Below, in pieces: positions 19,572-30,623 of a stretch of DNA of 64,000 nt. The translations under genes were made by a program, and so were the position numbers. The number at the start of each line of letters is the position of its first letter. Position 1 is the stretch's first letter. The stretch covers positions 3,877 to 67,876 of the forward strand of contig CAVVNF010000018.1 of NCBI GenBank assembly GCA_963749535.1. Reading direction: 5' to 3'. The notes under the pieces were generated by a model. The model was not told the origin of the DNA and did not search any database. It saw only the letters and a program-made list of their open reading frames with translations. This DNA comes from an uncultured Thermoleophilia bacterium. GTDB lineage: Bacteria > Actinomycetota > Thermoleophilia > RBG-16-64-13.

Positions 19572-19674
19572 GAGGGCCGTCGCCCGCGCGCCTTGACGCC
19601 ACCCGTTCGGCGGTCGGAAGATAGGCCCTCATGGTTAGATCGTCCTTAGCAAACAAGAAGCGAGAGTAACGCCC

Positions 19675-20460
19675 ATGGCACGCCTGCCTTACCTGGGAGA
19701 GTGGGCAACGCCCAAGGCGATCGCTGGGGTCTTGCGGGCACTCTTTCTTGGTACCGTGAGCCGACTGGTACCCGCCGCCCTGGAAGCACTCCGCGACGAC
19801 GTGCTGCCCGTCTACCAACCCACGCACGACAAACCCTAGGTAGACCCAGGCCCTCTCACCTACAGCCTAATCCAGTGCGAGCACGACCGCACCGCAGAAC
19901 AGGCTCTGTTCACCGACGAAGAAGCCGCCGTCCTTTTTGACTGGGGCTACGAACTCTTCGGTGACCCCGAGACCACGGGACCGGAGAGGTTCTACGTTTG
20001 GCAACCAAAAGAAGGACAGGCTCCCCCCGAGGGGCTGCCGCAGGATAGCTGCCAAGACTATGACGAGCTGAACCTCTATCTCGCCCAAGTTCGGACCGCC
20101 CTTCGGGCTTGGGGGGAACCTTTCTGCCTGACAGACGAATGGATCCCAGCTATCGCCCGGCGTCAGCTCGATGCCTGGCACCGACGCTGGTACCTGGCCT
20201 ACCCGCACCGCACGTGGCCGCGCAGGGTTAAGGCAGCGTCGGCGTCGGACACAGGCCTGGGTCCCCGCCGCCACCAGCTGCGGACTCGCCTGGGAGCGAG
20301 ATCATCGGCCCGGTACGGCTGGAATGGCTTCTCTTCCCCGGAGCCACGTGGTTCCTCCCCACCTCGGCCCATGAACGCCGTCTGTCCTATGAGCAGGAGG
20401 GCTGGGACCCCGCTACAGCCCCCAGGGAGGTCGCGCGGAGGTACATCCTGGCCAGCATGA
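19675..20460 (+). CDS. hypothetical protein interrupted by an in-frame TAG at 19837-19839 and probably a later frame change
   Basis: ATG 19675 gives 54 codons, then TAG. More than 110 further in-frame codons follow with no ATG, GTG or TTG: ...DEEAAVLFDWGYELFGDPETTGPERFYVWQPKEG.... The tail continues more plausibly in another frame (IIGPVRLEWLLFPGATWFLPTSAHERRLSYEQEGWDP). Confidence 0.4.
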
Positions 20461-20510
20461 TCACGCCCTGGATACTAGCGACGGTCGTACCCCCTGGGCC
20501 GGCCAGCAGG

Positions 20511-20954
20511 TTATTGCCCGTAGTAGCTGAGCAGCTCCGAACGGAAGTCCGCCTTGCCCATGTCTGGCCAGTAGTCCTTTTCGAAGCTCGGGGCCTTGTC
20601 AAGCTTTTCCTTGGTCATGTTGATGACAAGACGTTTGTCGCAGGTATCGACCTTGATGGCTTGCCACGGGACGGCGAACAGCCTGTCACCCACCCCCATG
20701 AAGCCGCCGGAAGAAAGGACCGCGTACTTTATGCAGCCGTCGGCCAAGTCGACCATGAACTCTTCGACCCTGCCGACAGTCTCGCCGGCTACGTCAAGCA
20801 CCTTGTCCGACATAAGGCTCTTGGCCCCAAGCACCACGGCAACCGTCGGCTCGCACTCCAGTGGCGGGCCTTGCCGGCTCGGGGGATCCGTGAACGAGCC
20901 TATCTTCGCGACCAAGCCTCCGAAGGTCTCCTCATCCGTTTTGAAGTTGTCCAT
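20511..20954 (-). CDS. PRC-barrel domain protein
   Basis: VLDVAGETVGRVEEFMVDLADGCIKYAVLSSGGFMGVGDRLFAVPWQAI is a typical PRC-barrel core. Confidence 0.75.
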   Translation of the reverse strand: MDNFKTDEETFGGLVAKIGSFTDPPSRQGPPLECEPTVAVVLGAKSLMSDKVLDVAGETVGRVEEFMVDLADGCIKYAVLSSGGFMGVGDRLFAVPWQAIKVDTCDKRLVINMTKEKLDKAPSFEKDYWPDMGKADFRSELLSYYGQ

Positions 20955-20986
20955 CGCTGCTCTCCTCTAGATCTCGATGATCCGGA

Positions 20987-21475
<489 letters not shown>

Positions 21476-21677
21476 TTACCCGCAAGAATCTTCTCCACCT
21501 CTTGATATCCGGTCTGGAAGGCGTAGTTATAGCGCGCCGGCAGCGCGATTAGCGGGCTTGGGTGGTGTTAGGCCGGATTAGGAGAGCAAACTATGCGGGG
21601 TGTAAGCGGTCGGCCGCCCTTGGCCGCTGGAGCTTCGGCCCATGGCCTGACGCACTGAAATTGCAGATTTCGGATTC

Positions 21678-21902
21678 ATGATGTTTCTCCTGGACGAGGC
21701 AACGCTCCCAATCGAAGCGGGCGAACGGATCGGACTTCTGGGCCGGAACGGGACCGGCAAGTCCACCCTTTTGAAGATGCTCGAGGGCGATGTTCCCCCG
21801 GATTCGGGCGAAATCGTCACCGAGCGCCGAGACACGGGGTCCCCCCGCCCCCCCCAGGATGTCCACGACGCTCTGTCCGGAACGGTCTATGACGAATGGT
21901 GA
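21678..21902 (+). pseudogene. N-terminal remnant of an ABC-F type ATPase
   Basis: [37 protein letters not shown] (Walker A) with nothing ABC-like after it. Confidence 0.6.
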
Positions 21903-21940
21903 GGAGATGAGCCCGCCGGGCTATACTCTATGCGTACAGA

Positions 21941-22177
21941 TTGGGGGCTCAAATGGTCAGCTTCAAGATAATCGTGGAGAAGCACGCGGACGGATACGTA
22001 GCGTATCCCCTGGGGCTCAACGGCGTCGTCGTCGGGGAGGGTGACAGCTACGAAGAAGCCCTCGCCGATGTCAAATCGGCGATCCTGTTCCATATCGAGA
22101 CGTTCGGGGCAGAGGCCATGGACCCAGACTCACCCATTCTCGAGGCATTCGTCGCCGAGGCGACTGTGAGTGGATGA
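21941..22177 (+). CDS. hicB: HicB-like antitoxin (UPF0150 fold)
   Basis: FKIIVEKHADGYVAYPLGLNGVVVGEGDSYEEALADVKSAILFHIETFG. ATGA overlap with the next gene. Confidence 0.75.
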   Translation: MGAQMVSFKIIVEKHADGYVAYPLGLNGVVVGEGDSYEEALADVKSAILFHIETFGAEAMDPDSPILEAFVAEATVSG

Positions 22178-22419
22178 GCCCGAAATTTCCCGCCGACGCA
22201 CCGAGGCCGAGAGTAGTCAATGCTCTGGAAGTATTGGGATTCCGGTTGGTGCGAGAGGGTAACCACATCGCGATGCTCCGCGACAATGCTGACGGGATCC
22301 GCACGCCCCTGACCCTGCCGAACCATCCCTATATCAAGGGCTCGATCCTCCGGGCAATCTGTACTCAGGCCAGGATATCTCGAGACGAGTTCCTGAGCGC
22401 GTATTCCGAGACACGGTAA
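22174..22419 (+). CDS. hicA: HicA-like toxin (YcfA family)
   Basis: VVNALEVLGFRLVREGNHIAMLRDNADGIRTPLTLPNHPYIKGSILRAICTQARISRDEFL. Confidence 0.75.
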   Translation: MSPKFPADAPRPRVVNALEVLGFRLVREGNHIAMLRDNADGIRTPLTLPNHPYIKGSILRAICTQARISRDEFLSAYSETR

Positions 22420-23048
22420 CGTATCTGCGCAGTCCTCGGTGTCACCATCCTTGGCCCGGGAGCGGTTGGCCCAGTACCAGGAGCACAGCCCGTACACACC
22501 CTCCTCCCGCCACATCTGTAGCCGCCAGTCGAGCAATTAGCGGGTCTGGGACTGCTTATAGGCAGATTTAGAGAGACGTGAGCGAGGAGTGAGACCAGAC
22601 CGGCCCTGGCCAAGTCGGTGGATCGCGTGTGTGTTGAAGCCGCTCCGTCCGTTCTCCTTGAAGGACACTCCCCGTCCGGGTCAAAGACGCATACGTGCGT
22701 TGTACCTGTCTCCCATACCCGAGTCCCACCGTCAACTGACCCTCGACCTTGTCATGCTCGCTCATGTTCAGCCTCCCTCCTCGGTTCCCAGCAGACGGTG
22801 CCGGGTCTGTCTCTACCAGTCCTAAGGGGTTAGCCTTCTCATCTCGTCGAGATGGTGATGGTCGCCCAGACGGGTACGAACCGTGAGCGACCAGGTTGGA
22901 AGGACCTCAAATACGCCGACCGCGCATGTAAGGGCGGGTCCTCTTGAAGGATGCCTCTCTCCTTCGGGTCCTGGTGGCAACCAGCCATGGTGCAGCCGCC
23001 TCATAGGGTAATCTTGAGACGCGGACCGCAGACCACTGAGGGGTAGAA

Positions 23049-23939
23049 GTGCCGAAGAAGCGAAGCAAAGCAGTGCGCTGGGGCATCATAGGCCTACTCC
23101 TGCTCGCCGCGGTTGTTGTGATCACCTCTTGGATCGCGCCCCGTCTCGGCGGCCTAAAGTCAACGGTGCGGTCGGTCGAGGCCAAGGTCGCGAGTCTCTC
23201 CTCTCGGGCGCAGGACGACAAACAGGCGGTGGCCAGCGGCATAGACGAGCTTCACAATCTACTCGCCCAGTATCTACCCGCCACGATCTCCGGAACGACT
23301 AATCAAACCGCTTCCCCGCCTTCAGCCCAGGTGCAGGCCATCGCCCAGCGGGTGAAACCAAGCGTGGTGGACATCACCGCCGTCCTTTCAAGGAGCGCGT
23401 GGGGAACGTCAGAGGCTCTGGGGACGGGCGTCATCTACACGAGCGATGGGCTGATCATCACCAACAACCACGTGCTCACCGGGGATGGAGAGGGCCTCGC
23501 CCGCACCGTCTCGGTGACTCTGGCTTCCGGTGCGCGGATGTCGGCAACCATAGTTGGCCGAGACCCTGCCCACGATCTCGCCGTCCTCCGGGTGCGGGCC
23601 AAGGGACTTCATCCCGCGGTCTTTGATACTAGCCTAGCCGGCCGGAAGCCGGGCACGTCTGTTGTGGCGCTCGGTAACGATCAGGTGCTCAGTCAGCCGG
23701 TCGCAGGCGGTGACATTATGGGATTGGTGGGCGGCGTTCAGCTGGGTGGCCGCTCCTCCGCCGATCAGGTCCTCGCAACGAGCGTTCCCTTGATGCAGGG
23801 CGACTCCGGCGGGCCCTTGATCGATGCCGCTGGCCGAGTTATCGGCATCAACTTTGCTGAGCTTACCGGGGAGAGAGCGGGACTCACCCTCCCGGCTAGT
23901 CTCGTGCTGGAGGTGACGCGCAAACTCGTAGGGCGGTAA
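23049..23939 (+). CDS. membrane-anchored trypsin-like serine protease (S1C/HtrA-like, no PDZ)
   Basis: Catalytic triad context: ITNNHVL, HDLAVLRV, GDSGGPLIDAAGRVIGIN. N-terminal TM segment. GTG start. Confidence 0.85.
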   Translation: MPKKRSKAVRWGIIGLLLLAAVVVITSWIAPRLGGLKSTVRSVEAKVASLSSRAQDDKQAVASGIDELHNLLAQYLPATISGTTNQTASPPSAQVQAIAQRVKPSVVDITAVLSRSAWGTSEALGTGVIYTSDGLIITNNHVLTGDGEGLARTVSVTLASGARMSATIVGRDPAHDLAVLRVRAKGLHPAVFDTSLAGRKPGTSVVALGNDQVLSQPVAGGDIMGLVGGVQLGGRSSADQVLATSVPLMQGDSGGPLIDAAGRVIGINFAELTGERAGLTLPASLVLEVTRKLVGR

Positions 23940-24162
23940 GAAGACCTGAAGAGAAGGCGGCATGGAGGCGACGCGAGGCTCTCCTCGATGAGACCTTGAC
24001 TATCTCGGAACCGGCGGACCCGGGCCATCATGCGCGGCTCGTGATGGTCGCGATGAGCGGAGCCGGTACGGTCTGCGGATAGCCGGTCCGACCCGAACCA
24101 CCGGTTCCCCAACGACGCGCGTTCGCTCGCGGCGGGCCGCGAAGCCCCAAACGCCAGCAAAG

Positions 24163-24540
24163 CTACCGGGCAGCTCCAACACTCACCGGATCGCCGTCCC
24201 GGACAGAGCGAAGCACGCTCAGGTCGCCCACCACATGGCCGAAGGGGTTCACATTGCTATAGGCTCGCGGCTCTGGGCCATCGCTCACCGGCGTCGGGCC
24301 GAAGAAGATACAGAATGCGGCGCCGACCGGCCAGTAGCCGAGTTCACCGACCGTCAGGTCTTGTCTCGCTCCCGGCTCCTCTACGAGTCGCACCGGGACT
24401 GAGAAATAGATCTCGTCGCCCCACCTGTTTGCCGTGGCCTGCAGGGGCAAGGCAGCCCAGATAGCTGAGGCGGTGGCGGTCTCGTCCAGTAGCGCCTGCA
24501 CGGAGACGCTTCCCACGGTGATCTGGATCTCATGGTTCAT
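24163..24540 (-). CDS. cyclophilin-like fold protein (DUF3830-like)
   Basis: ALLDETATASAIWAALPLQATANRWGDEIYFSVPV...GELGYWPVGAAFCIFFGPTP. Confidence 0.55.
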   Translation of the reverse strand: MNHEIQITVGSVSVQALLDETATASAIWAALPLQATANRWGDEIYFSVPVRLVEEPGARQDLTVGELGYWPVGAAFCIFFGPTPVSDGPEPRAYSNVNPFGHVVGDLSVLRSVRDGDPVSVGAAR

Positions 24541-24859
24541 GTGCCCAATACTACCGCTGTGCGGCCCCACCCAGCGGGGCAAATATCCGTAGACATTCAT
24601 GGGGCATCCGCAGGTCGCCGGCGACGGTCAAGATCAGCCAATGGCCGCAGCGGGTGGTCATTCATGTCCGGGCCTTCGCGGCGTGGAGAGCCAGATCCGC
24701 GTGCCCGGCCCAACTCCGTAACCCTCTCGGCATGGCTTCAAGGGTTCCTGATATATTCGGTTGTGGAGGCCCCGTACCGCTATCTCGTAGTCCATGCTAC
24801 GGATTCCCGCTGGCCTCCAAAACAGCTACCCAGCCCGCCGACGGCTGACGAGGTGATGG

Positions 24860-27622
24860 ATGCGCCTTACTACGATCCGCGTCAATGGCGTCAAAAGACA
24901 GGTCATATCCGACGAGAGCAGACGACTGGTAGACCTCATACGCGACGATCTCAGACTAACTGGAACCAAGAAAGGCTGCCTCGAGGGACACTGCGGTGTC
25001 TGCTCGGTCATCATCGACGGCAACGCCGTCCGTTCCTGCCAGGTTGCGCTTCGAGACCTGGCGGAAGGTTCGCAGATAACGACGATCGAGGGGATCGGCA
25101 CCCTCGAAGATCCGCACCCGATCCAGAAAGCGTTCGCGGCGGAAGGTGCCATCCAGTGCGGCTACTGCACGCCGGGGATGATCGTCGTCGCCAAAGCCCT
25201 CCTCGACCAGAATCAGCAGCCGTCTGAAGCGGAGATCCGGGAGGCCTTCAAGCACAATCTTTGCCGGTGCACCGGATACGACTCGATTATCCGCGCGGTG
25301 CAATTGGCATCGGCCCTGCTTCGCGGCGAGGCGTCAGACCGCCCGCTCGCGCTCAATGTAGGCGGTGACCTTTTCGGCCAGAAGGTTCCTCGGCCGTCTG
25401 CACTGGCCAAGGCCACCGGGACGATGCAGTTCGGCGACGACCTCGATGTGCCTTCGGATACGCTTCATCTGAAGATCGTGCGAAGCCCACACCATCACGC
25501 GTGGATCAGGGGGATCGATCCCTCGGAAGCCGAACAGATGCCGGGCGTGGTGGGGGTTCTGACGGCGGACGATATCCCCGGAGAGAACCGCGTCTGGTCC
25601 GACCCTCAGCCCCAGTATGGGGATTTTGTGCTCAACGAGCGGGTCTTGTGCGACGAGAAGGTCAGCGCATGGGGCAGCCCCGTCGCGGTCGTCGTGGCCG
25701 AAACCGAGGAGCAGGCCGCCGCAGCGGTGGATAAGGTGCGGGTCGACTACGAGGTCCTGCCGACCTACAGGACGCCCCAGGAGTCACTCGCCGAGGGTGC
25801 TGTGTCGATCGTTCCGGAATACGACAGCAACAAGACCTTCACCGCGTACCTGCGGAAAGACGTAAAGGGTAAGGCGGAGGTGGAGGAGATCCTTCACGAC
25901 CTACCGTACGTGGTGGAGCAAGAGTTCGTTACCGCCCGTCAGTCGCATCTCACCCTGGAGCCGGACAACGCCATCGCCTTCATCGACGATGAGGACCGCC
26001 TCACAGTTATGTCGAAGTCGGTCTCGATTCACTCCCACATGCGCGAGCTCAGTCGGATCCTGGGGATTGGCACCGACCGAATGCGCTGGATCGAGAATCA
26101 ATCGGGCGGGAGCTTCGGCTTCAAGACCAGGATCACCTGCGAGGCCTACGTAGCGCTCGCGGCACTGAAGTACCGCAGACCGTGCAAGATCGTCTACTCG
26201 ATGGCGGAGAACATCTTGACCGTCGGAACGAGGAGTCGCTTCTGGGCGAAGGCGAAAGTCGGAGCCGACAACGATGGTCACATCAAAGGATTGCTATTCG
26301 AAGTGGCGGTCGATTGCGGCGCCAACGACAATATGGGCTCTCAGATTGTCTACAAGTGCAATCACTATTTCGGCGGACCTCATCGCATCCCCAAGGCCTA
26401 CGGCGCGGCGACGATAGTCTTCACGAACGACCAGCGGGCAAATGCCTGCTGTCGCGGGCTAGGGGCTACACCGACGCAGCTCGTCTCCGAAGTTCTGCTC
26501 GACATGCTTGCCGAAAAGGCCGCCATGGACCCGCTCGAGTTCAGATACCTGAACGCCTGGCGCCCGGGCGATGTCGGTAACTGGGGCTCCGAGACGGACT
26601 GCTATCCGTATCCGGCCATGCTCGAGCATCTGCGACCTCTCTACCAGGCAGCCAAAGCCCGGGCCAAGGAGCAGTCGACATCTCAAAAGAAACGGGGCGT
26701 GGGCGTGGCGGGCGCCTTCTTCGGCTGCGGATTGGACGAGATCCCCGATACTTCATTTGCCTGGGCGGAGTTGAATCCGGATGACAGCGTCACTATTCAT
26801 GCCAGCTGGGCGGATCCCGGGCAAGGCGCGGACATCGGGATCGTGACGATAGCGTCTCGGGCGCTCGAGGGGCTACCGCCGGAAAAGATCCGCTTTGTAA
26901 CGCGAGACACCGACATCACCCCCAACAGCGGTCCCTCGCTTGCCAGCCGGCAGACGACGGTCACCGGCAATGCGATCCGGCGCGCGTGCGAAGCGCTGAT
27001 TAAAGCCATGAAGGACAACGGCTGCCCGAACTACGCCGATATGAAAGCCCGCAACCTGCCCCTGTTATACATAGGCAAGCACGTCTGCAATCACACGCTG
27101 AGCGACAAGAATAGCCAGGGGCGACCGGTCGAGAACTGGCAGTACAACCTGCAAATGGCAGAGGTCGAAGTGGACGGCGCTACCGGCAAGGTCAAGGTCT
27201 TGAAGATGACCACGGTCGTTGACGTTGGGGTGATCCACAACCGCCTGGTCATGGAAGGGCAGGCGGTAGGCGCGGCCAACATGGGCACCGGCATCGCCTT
27301 GTGGGAGGAAGTCCTACCGGGAGAGACCGATACGTTGCTCAAAGCCGGCATCCCCAACTTCCTCAACTCACCACCGATCGAGTGTCACTTTCTTGAGACC
27401 TACCGGGAGCGCGGTACCTACGGGGGAGTAGCCTGCGGCGAAGCGGTAATCATGGCGACGGCACCGGCAATACTAAATGCCATATACGACGCTTGCGGCG
27501 CCCGGCTATCCGTGTTCCCGGCCAAGCCAGAACGGGTGCTTGAAGCGATAGCGGAAAACGACCCAGGAAAGGGCGAAGCTGAAGACGCACTCGCTGACGC
27601 CAAGGCTGATCACGGGATCTAG
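24860..27622 (+). CDS. Mop-type aldehyde oxidoreductase (two [2Fe-2S] domains fused to a molybdopterin-binding XDH-family domain), 920 aa, intact
   Basis: GCLEGHCGVCSVIIDGNAVRSC, IQCGYCTPGMIV and NLCRCTGYDSIIRAV, followed by a CoxL/XdhB-like large domain. No FAD domain, as in Desulfovibrio Mop. Confidence 0.9.
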   Translation: MRLTTIRVNGVKRQVISDESRRLVDLIRDDLRLTGTKKGCLEGHCGVCSVIIDGNAVRSCQVALRDLAEGSQITTIEGIGTLEDPHPIQKAFAAEGAIQCGYCTPGMIVVAKALLDQNQQPSEAEIREAFKHNLCRCTGYDSIIRAVQLASALLRGEASDRPLALNVGGDLFGQKVPRPSALAKATGTMQFGDDLDVPSDTLHLKIVRSPHHHAWIRGIDPSEAEQMPGVVGVLTADDIPGENRVWSDPQPQYGDFVLNERVLCDEKVSAWGSPVAVVVAETEEQAAAAVDKVRVDYEVLPTYRTPQESLAEGAVSIVPEYDSNKTFTAYLRKDVKGKAEVEEILHDLPYVVEQEFVTARQSHLTLEPDNAIAFIDDEDRLTVMSKSVSIHSHMRELSRILGIGTDRMRWIENQSGGSFGFKTRITCEAYVALAALKYRRPCKIVYSMAENILTVGTRSRFWAKAKVGADNDGHIKGLLFEVAVDCGANDNMGSQIVYKCNHYFGGPHRIPKAYGAATIVFTNDQRANACCRGLGATPTQLVSEVLLDMLAEKAAMDPLEFRYLNAWRPGDVGNWGSETDCYPYPAMLEHLRPLYQAAKARAKEQSTSQKKRGVGVAGAFFGCGLDEIPDTSFAWAELNPDDSVTIHASWADPGQGADIGIVTIASRALEGLPPEKIRFVTRDTDITPNSGPSLASRQTTVTGNAIRRACEALIKAMKDNGCPNYADMKARNLPLLYIGKHVCNHTLSDKNSQGRPVENWQYNLQMAEVEVDGATGKVKVLKMTTVVDVGVIHNRLVMEGQAVGAANMGTGIALWEEVLPGETDTLLKAGIPNFLNSPPIECHFLETYRERGTYGGVACGEAVIMATAPAILNAIYDACGARLSVFPAKPERVLEAIAENDPGKGEAEDALADAKADHGI

Positions 27623-27888
27623 AAACCCTAGCTTGGCCCTATGGCCCACTTCCTTTGTCAGAGCGAGAGCCGGTTCGATCACGTGTACGTTGGACGAAAG
27701 CCCCGCCCACGGCCGAGATATCCCGCTAGGGACACTTTGCTCAGGTAACTCCGGTGAATCGCCCTGGGTTCAATGGGCACTCATTTGCTCTGGTCCGTCA
27801 TCTGCGCCGTGGCCAGTGTTCCTTCCAGCTTGAGCCATGAGCCCGATTTGGGCGCGGACCTAGCGGTCCCCGGGGAAGATCGCCATCC

Positions 27889-28309
27889 TCATCTTATCCC
27901 CTCACATGGCGTAAAGAACAAGCAGTCTTTCGCGGCCGAGCCACCCGCCCCAGAGAACTCTGCGCGCAATGGCGTCCCCACCTTGATGGTCTCAGGGTTC
28001 CTGGCGTCGACTCCGACGATGCGGGCAACGGCGCGAACCCCCTCGTCCAAGTCGACGACCCCCACCACGTAGGGGTTGTCCTTACCAAAACCCTGCTTGA
28101 CCATGTCCGGGCGGTGCAACCGAGATACTGGTGAAAGCGGCCAGTCGGCCGGTTCCGACGAGTTCCACCCACTCGCTCGCAGAGCCGTAGCAGGACGCGC
28201 AGATATGCCGCGGCGGGAAGGACAGAACGCCGCAATTCTTGCAGCGAGAGGCCATCAGCAACCCCTCGCGCAGGAATTGCCCATATGATGCATCGTTGAA
28301 GGGCCGCAT
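27889..28309 (-). CDS. DUF35 Zn-ribbon/OB-fold protein (thiolase partner); one frame break
   Basis: CKNCGVLSFPPRHICASCYG ... VGVVDLDEGVRAVARIVGVD. Starts 10 nt after the thiolase-like stop. Confidence 0.8.
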
Positions 28310-28319
28310 CTCCACCGGC

Positions 28320-29594
28320 TCACCTCCTCTCGAGGATTGTGAAAGTGCAGGTGCCGCCCGTGCCCCCGAGATTGTGCGCGGCGCCCACCCGGAGGTTCGG
28401 GTTGGGAACCTGACGCTTGCCCGCCGCGCCGCGCAACTGCTGCCAGACTTCATAGAGCTGGGCTGTGCCGGTGGCTCCCACGGGGTGCCCCTTGGCCTTG
28501 AGACCGCCGGAGGTGTTGATAGGCATCGGGCCGTTAAGGGCGGTGAGACCCTCCGCTGTGGCCCTCCAGCCCTCCCCCGGACCGAAGAAGCCAAGGTCCT
28601 CCAGATGGATTATCTCCGCCATGGAGAAGCAGTCGTGGACCTCGGAGAACTGGATATCCTTGGCGGTGAGACCCGACATCTCGTACGCCTGCTGAGCGGC
28701 GAAGACCGTGGCCTCATAACTCGTGAGATCGCGCTTGGCATGCAGGCTATAGCTGCTTCCCTGCCCCATGCCGGCTAGATAGACAGGATCGTCCGTGAAG
28801 TTGGAAGCTAGTTCCTCTGCGACGAGAAGAAGACATGAGGCTCCGTCGGTGATAGGACAGCAGTCGAAGAGATGTATCGGCCAAGCCACCGGTGGATTCA
28901 CGGCCGTATCCCGGAGAAAGGCTTTCTCATCCTCCCACTGGGGGATGGGCTGCCCCCGTTCGCGGCACTTCTCGATCTTGGCGTTCATGAAATCGCGCAC
29001 CGTGAGGGGGAACTGTGCCTTGGGATTCAACGGAGCGTTGTTGTGACTCTTGATGGTCACGTTAAACAGGATCTCCCTATCCACCCCATACTTGTCGAAG
29101 TACGCGGTGGCCGTAGCCCCAAACACCGCGGGAAACGTGTAGCCCGCAGCAACTTCGTATGGGCTTCCGGCCATGCCTAGCCCTTCGGCGACCTCCTCCG
29201 TACTTCGGCGCGACATCTGTTCGACGCCTCCCACCAGCACCACGTCGTAGAGTCCGGACGCGATGGCCATCGCCCCCTCACGGAAGGCAAGCGCACTTGA
29301 GGCGCACGCCCCTTCCGTGCGGGTCACCGGCTTGGGCACAAGCCCAACCAGATCGGCGATTATGGGTCCCCAATGGGCCTGCCCCACGAAGAAGTCATTG
29401 CTGTAGTTGCCCAGATAGATTGACTCGATGTCTCGGGGGTCCAACCCCTTCTCGACTGAACCCATCATCTCGATGAAGGCCTCGGCGAAGAAATCCTTGC
29501 AGTCCCGGTCCTTGTAGAGACCCAGCTTGGTCAGACCCCCACCGACGATCGCAACGCCCCGGGCAAGCCCGCGTCTTCGTGCGCTGGTAGTCAA
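28320..29594 (-). CDS. thiolase-like (SCP-x/non-specific lipid-transfer type) protein, 424 aa
   Basis: Thiolase fold motifs: TRTEGACASSALAFREG, NTSGGLKAKGHPVGATG, HNLGGTGGTCTFTILER. Confidence 0.85.
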   Translation of the reverse strand: MTTSARRRGLARGVAIVGGGLTKLGLYKDRDCKDFFAEAFIEMMGSVEKGLDPRDIESIYLGNYSNDFFVGQAHWGPIIADLVGLVPKPVTRTEGACASSALAFREGAMAIASGLYDVVLVGGVEQMSRRSTEEVAEGLGMAGSPYEVAAGYTFPAVFGATATAYFDKYGVDREILFNVTIKSHNNAPLNPKAQFPLTVRDFMNAKIEKCRERGQPIPQWEDEKAFLRDTAVNPPVAWPIHLFDCCPITDGASCLLLVAEELASNFTDDPVYLAGMGQGSSYSLHAKRDLTSYEATVFAAQQAYEMSGLTAKDIQFSEVHDCFSMAEIIHLEDLGFFGPGEGWRATAEGLTALNGPMPINTSGGLKAKGHPVGATGTAQLYEVWQQLRGAAGKRQVPNPNLRVGAAHNLGGTGGTCTFTILERR

Positions 29595-29603
29595 TTCCTC
29601 ACC

Positions 29604-30579
29604 TCAGTAGTCCTTCTTGAGCTGCTTGTAGAGCTCCAGTTGCTTCAGGAGTCTCCTGTTCTGACTGTCGAGTACCTTGGCTCGCGGGACGTCCTTGTAG
29701 TCGACCCAGCCACGCCCGGTCTTCACGCCCAGATCTCCCTGTGCCACCTTCTCCTTGAGAGTCTCCGATGGCCCTTCGGCGTTGCTCAATTCAGGGAAGA
29801 TACGTCCCTCGATGACGACCATAGTGTCGAGGCCGAACATGTCCAGAGCTTCGATATGGCCGATGCAGGCATGGCGCATCCCGTAGCTAGCCTGAGCCAC
29901 CAGGTTGATGTCCTCGAGCGAGGCCACATCTTGGGCGATAAGGGATTCGATTTCTCGAATCATCGCCAGCTGGATGCGCGTGCCCAATAGACCATAGATA
30001 TCCTTCTTCACAAGGACAGGCGTCTTGCCCACGCGCAGCATGAGCGCCTTCGTGAGAGCGATGTTGTCGGTCGCTGGTATGCGGTCCGTAGTGAATCTCT
30101 ACCAAGGGCATGATGTGGGCCGGATTGAAGTAGTGCATGCCGATCATGCGCTCAGGCGTCTCACACCCCTCGGAGATGGAAGCGACGGGACAACTGCTTG
30201 TGTCGGAGCCGATGACAATCTCAGGACGGATGCCATCGAGTTGCTTGAAGATCTTCCGCTTCAGCTCCAGGTTCTCAGAGACGGTCTCGACCACGAAATC
30301 GCAGCCTTTGGCTAGAGGCGCGTAGTCCTCAGTAGCGACGGCCGATATGCGGGCTCGAACCGCGCCAGCCTCCTCGCTTAGAAGACCGTATTCCTGCACT
30401 AGGGCACAATTGGCCTCTATCTGGGCCAGACCCCGATCGCAGGTCTCCTTGCTTCGCCCGGTGATGATCACCTCTATTCCTGCTTCGGCGAAGTTCTGGG
30501 CGATGCCTTGACCCATGGTGCCGGTCCCGCCGATCACCAGCACCTTCTTGATGCCTGCTGCGTCCAAAGTTCCTCCCAT
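29604..30579 (-). CDS. 3-hydroxyacyl-CoA dehydrogenase family protein; one frame break near 30050
   Basis: Rossmann VLVIGGTGTMGQGIAQNFA; HADH core MIGMHYFNPAHIMPLVEI; C-terminal domain GDLGVKTGRGWVDY. Confidence 0.85.
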
Positions 30580-30623
30580 CCAGTCGTGCCTCGCAGCCTG
30601 GACGCTTTTTCTCCCGATGGGGA

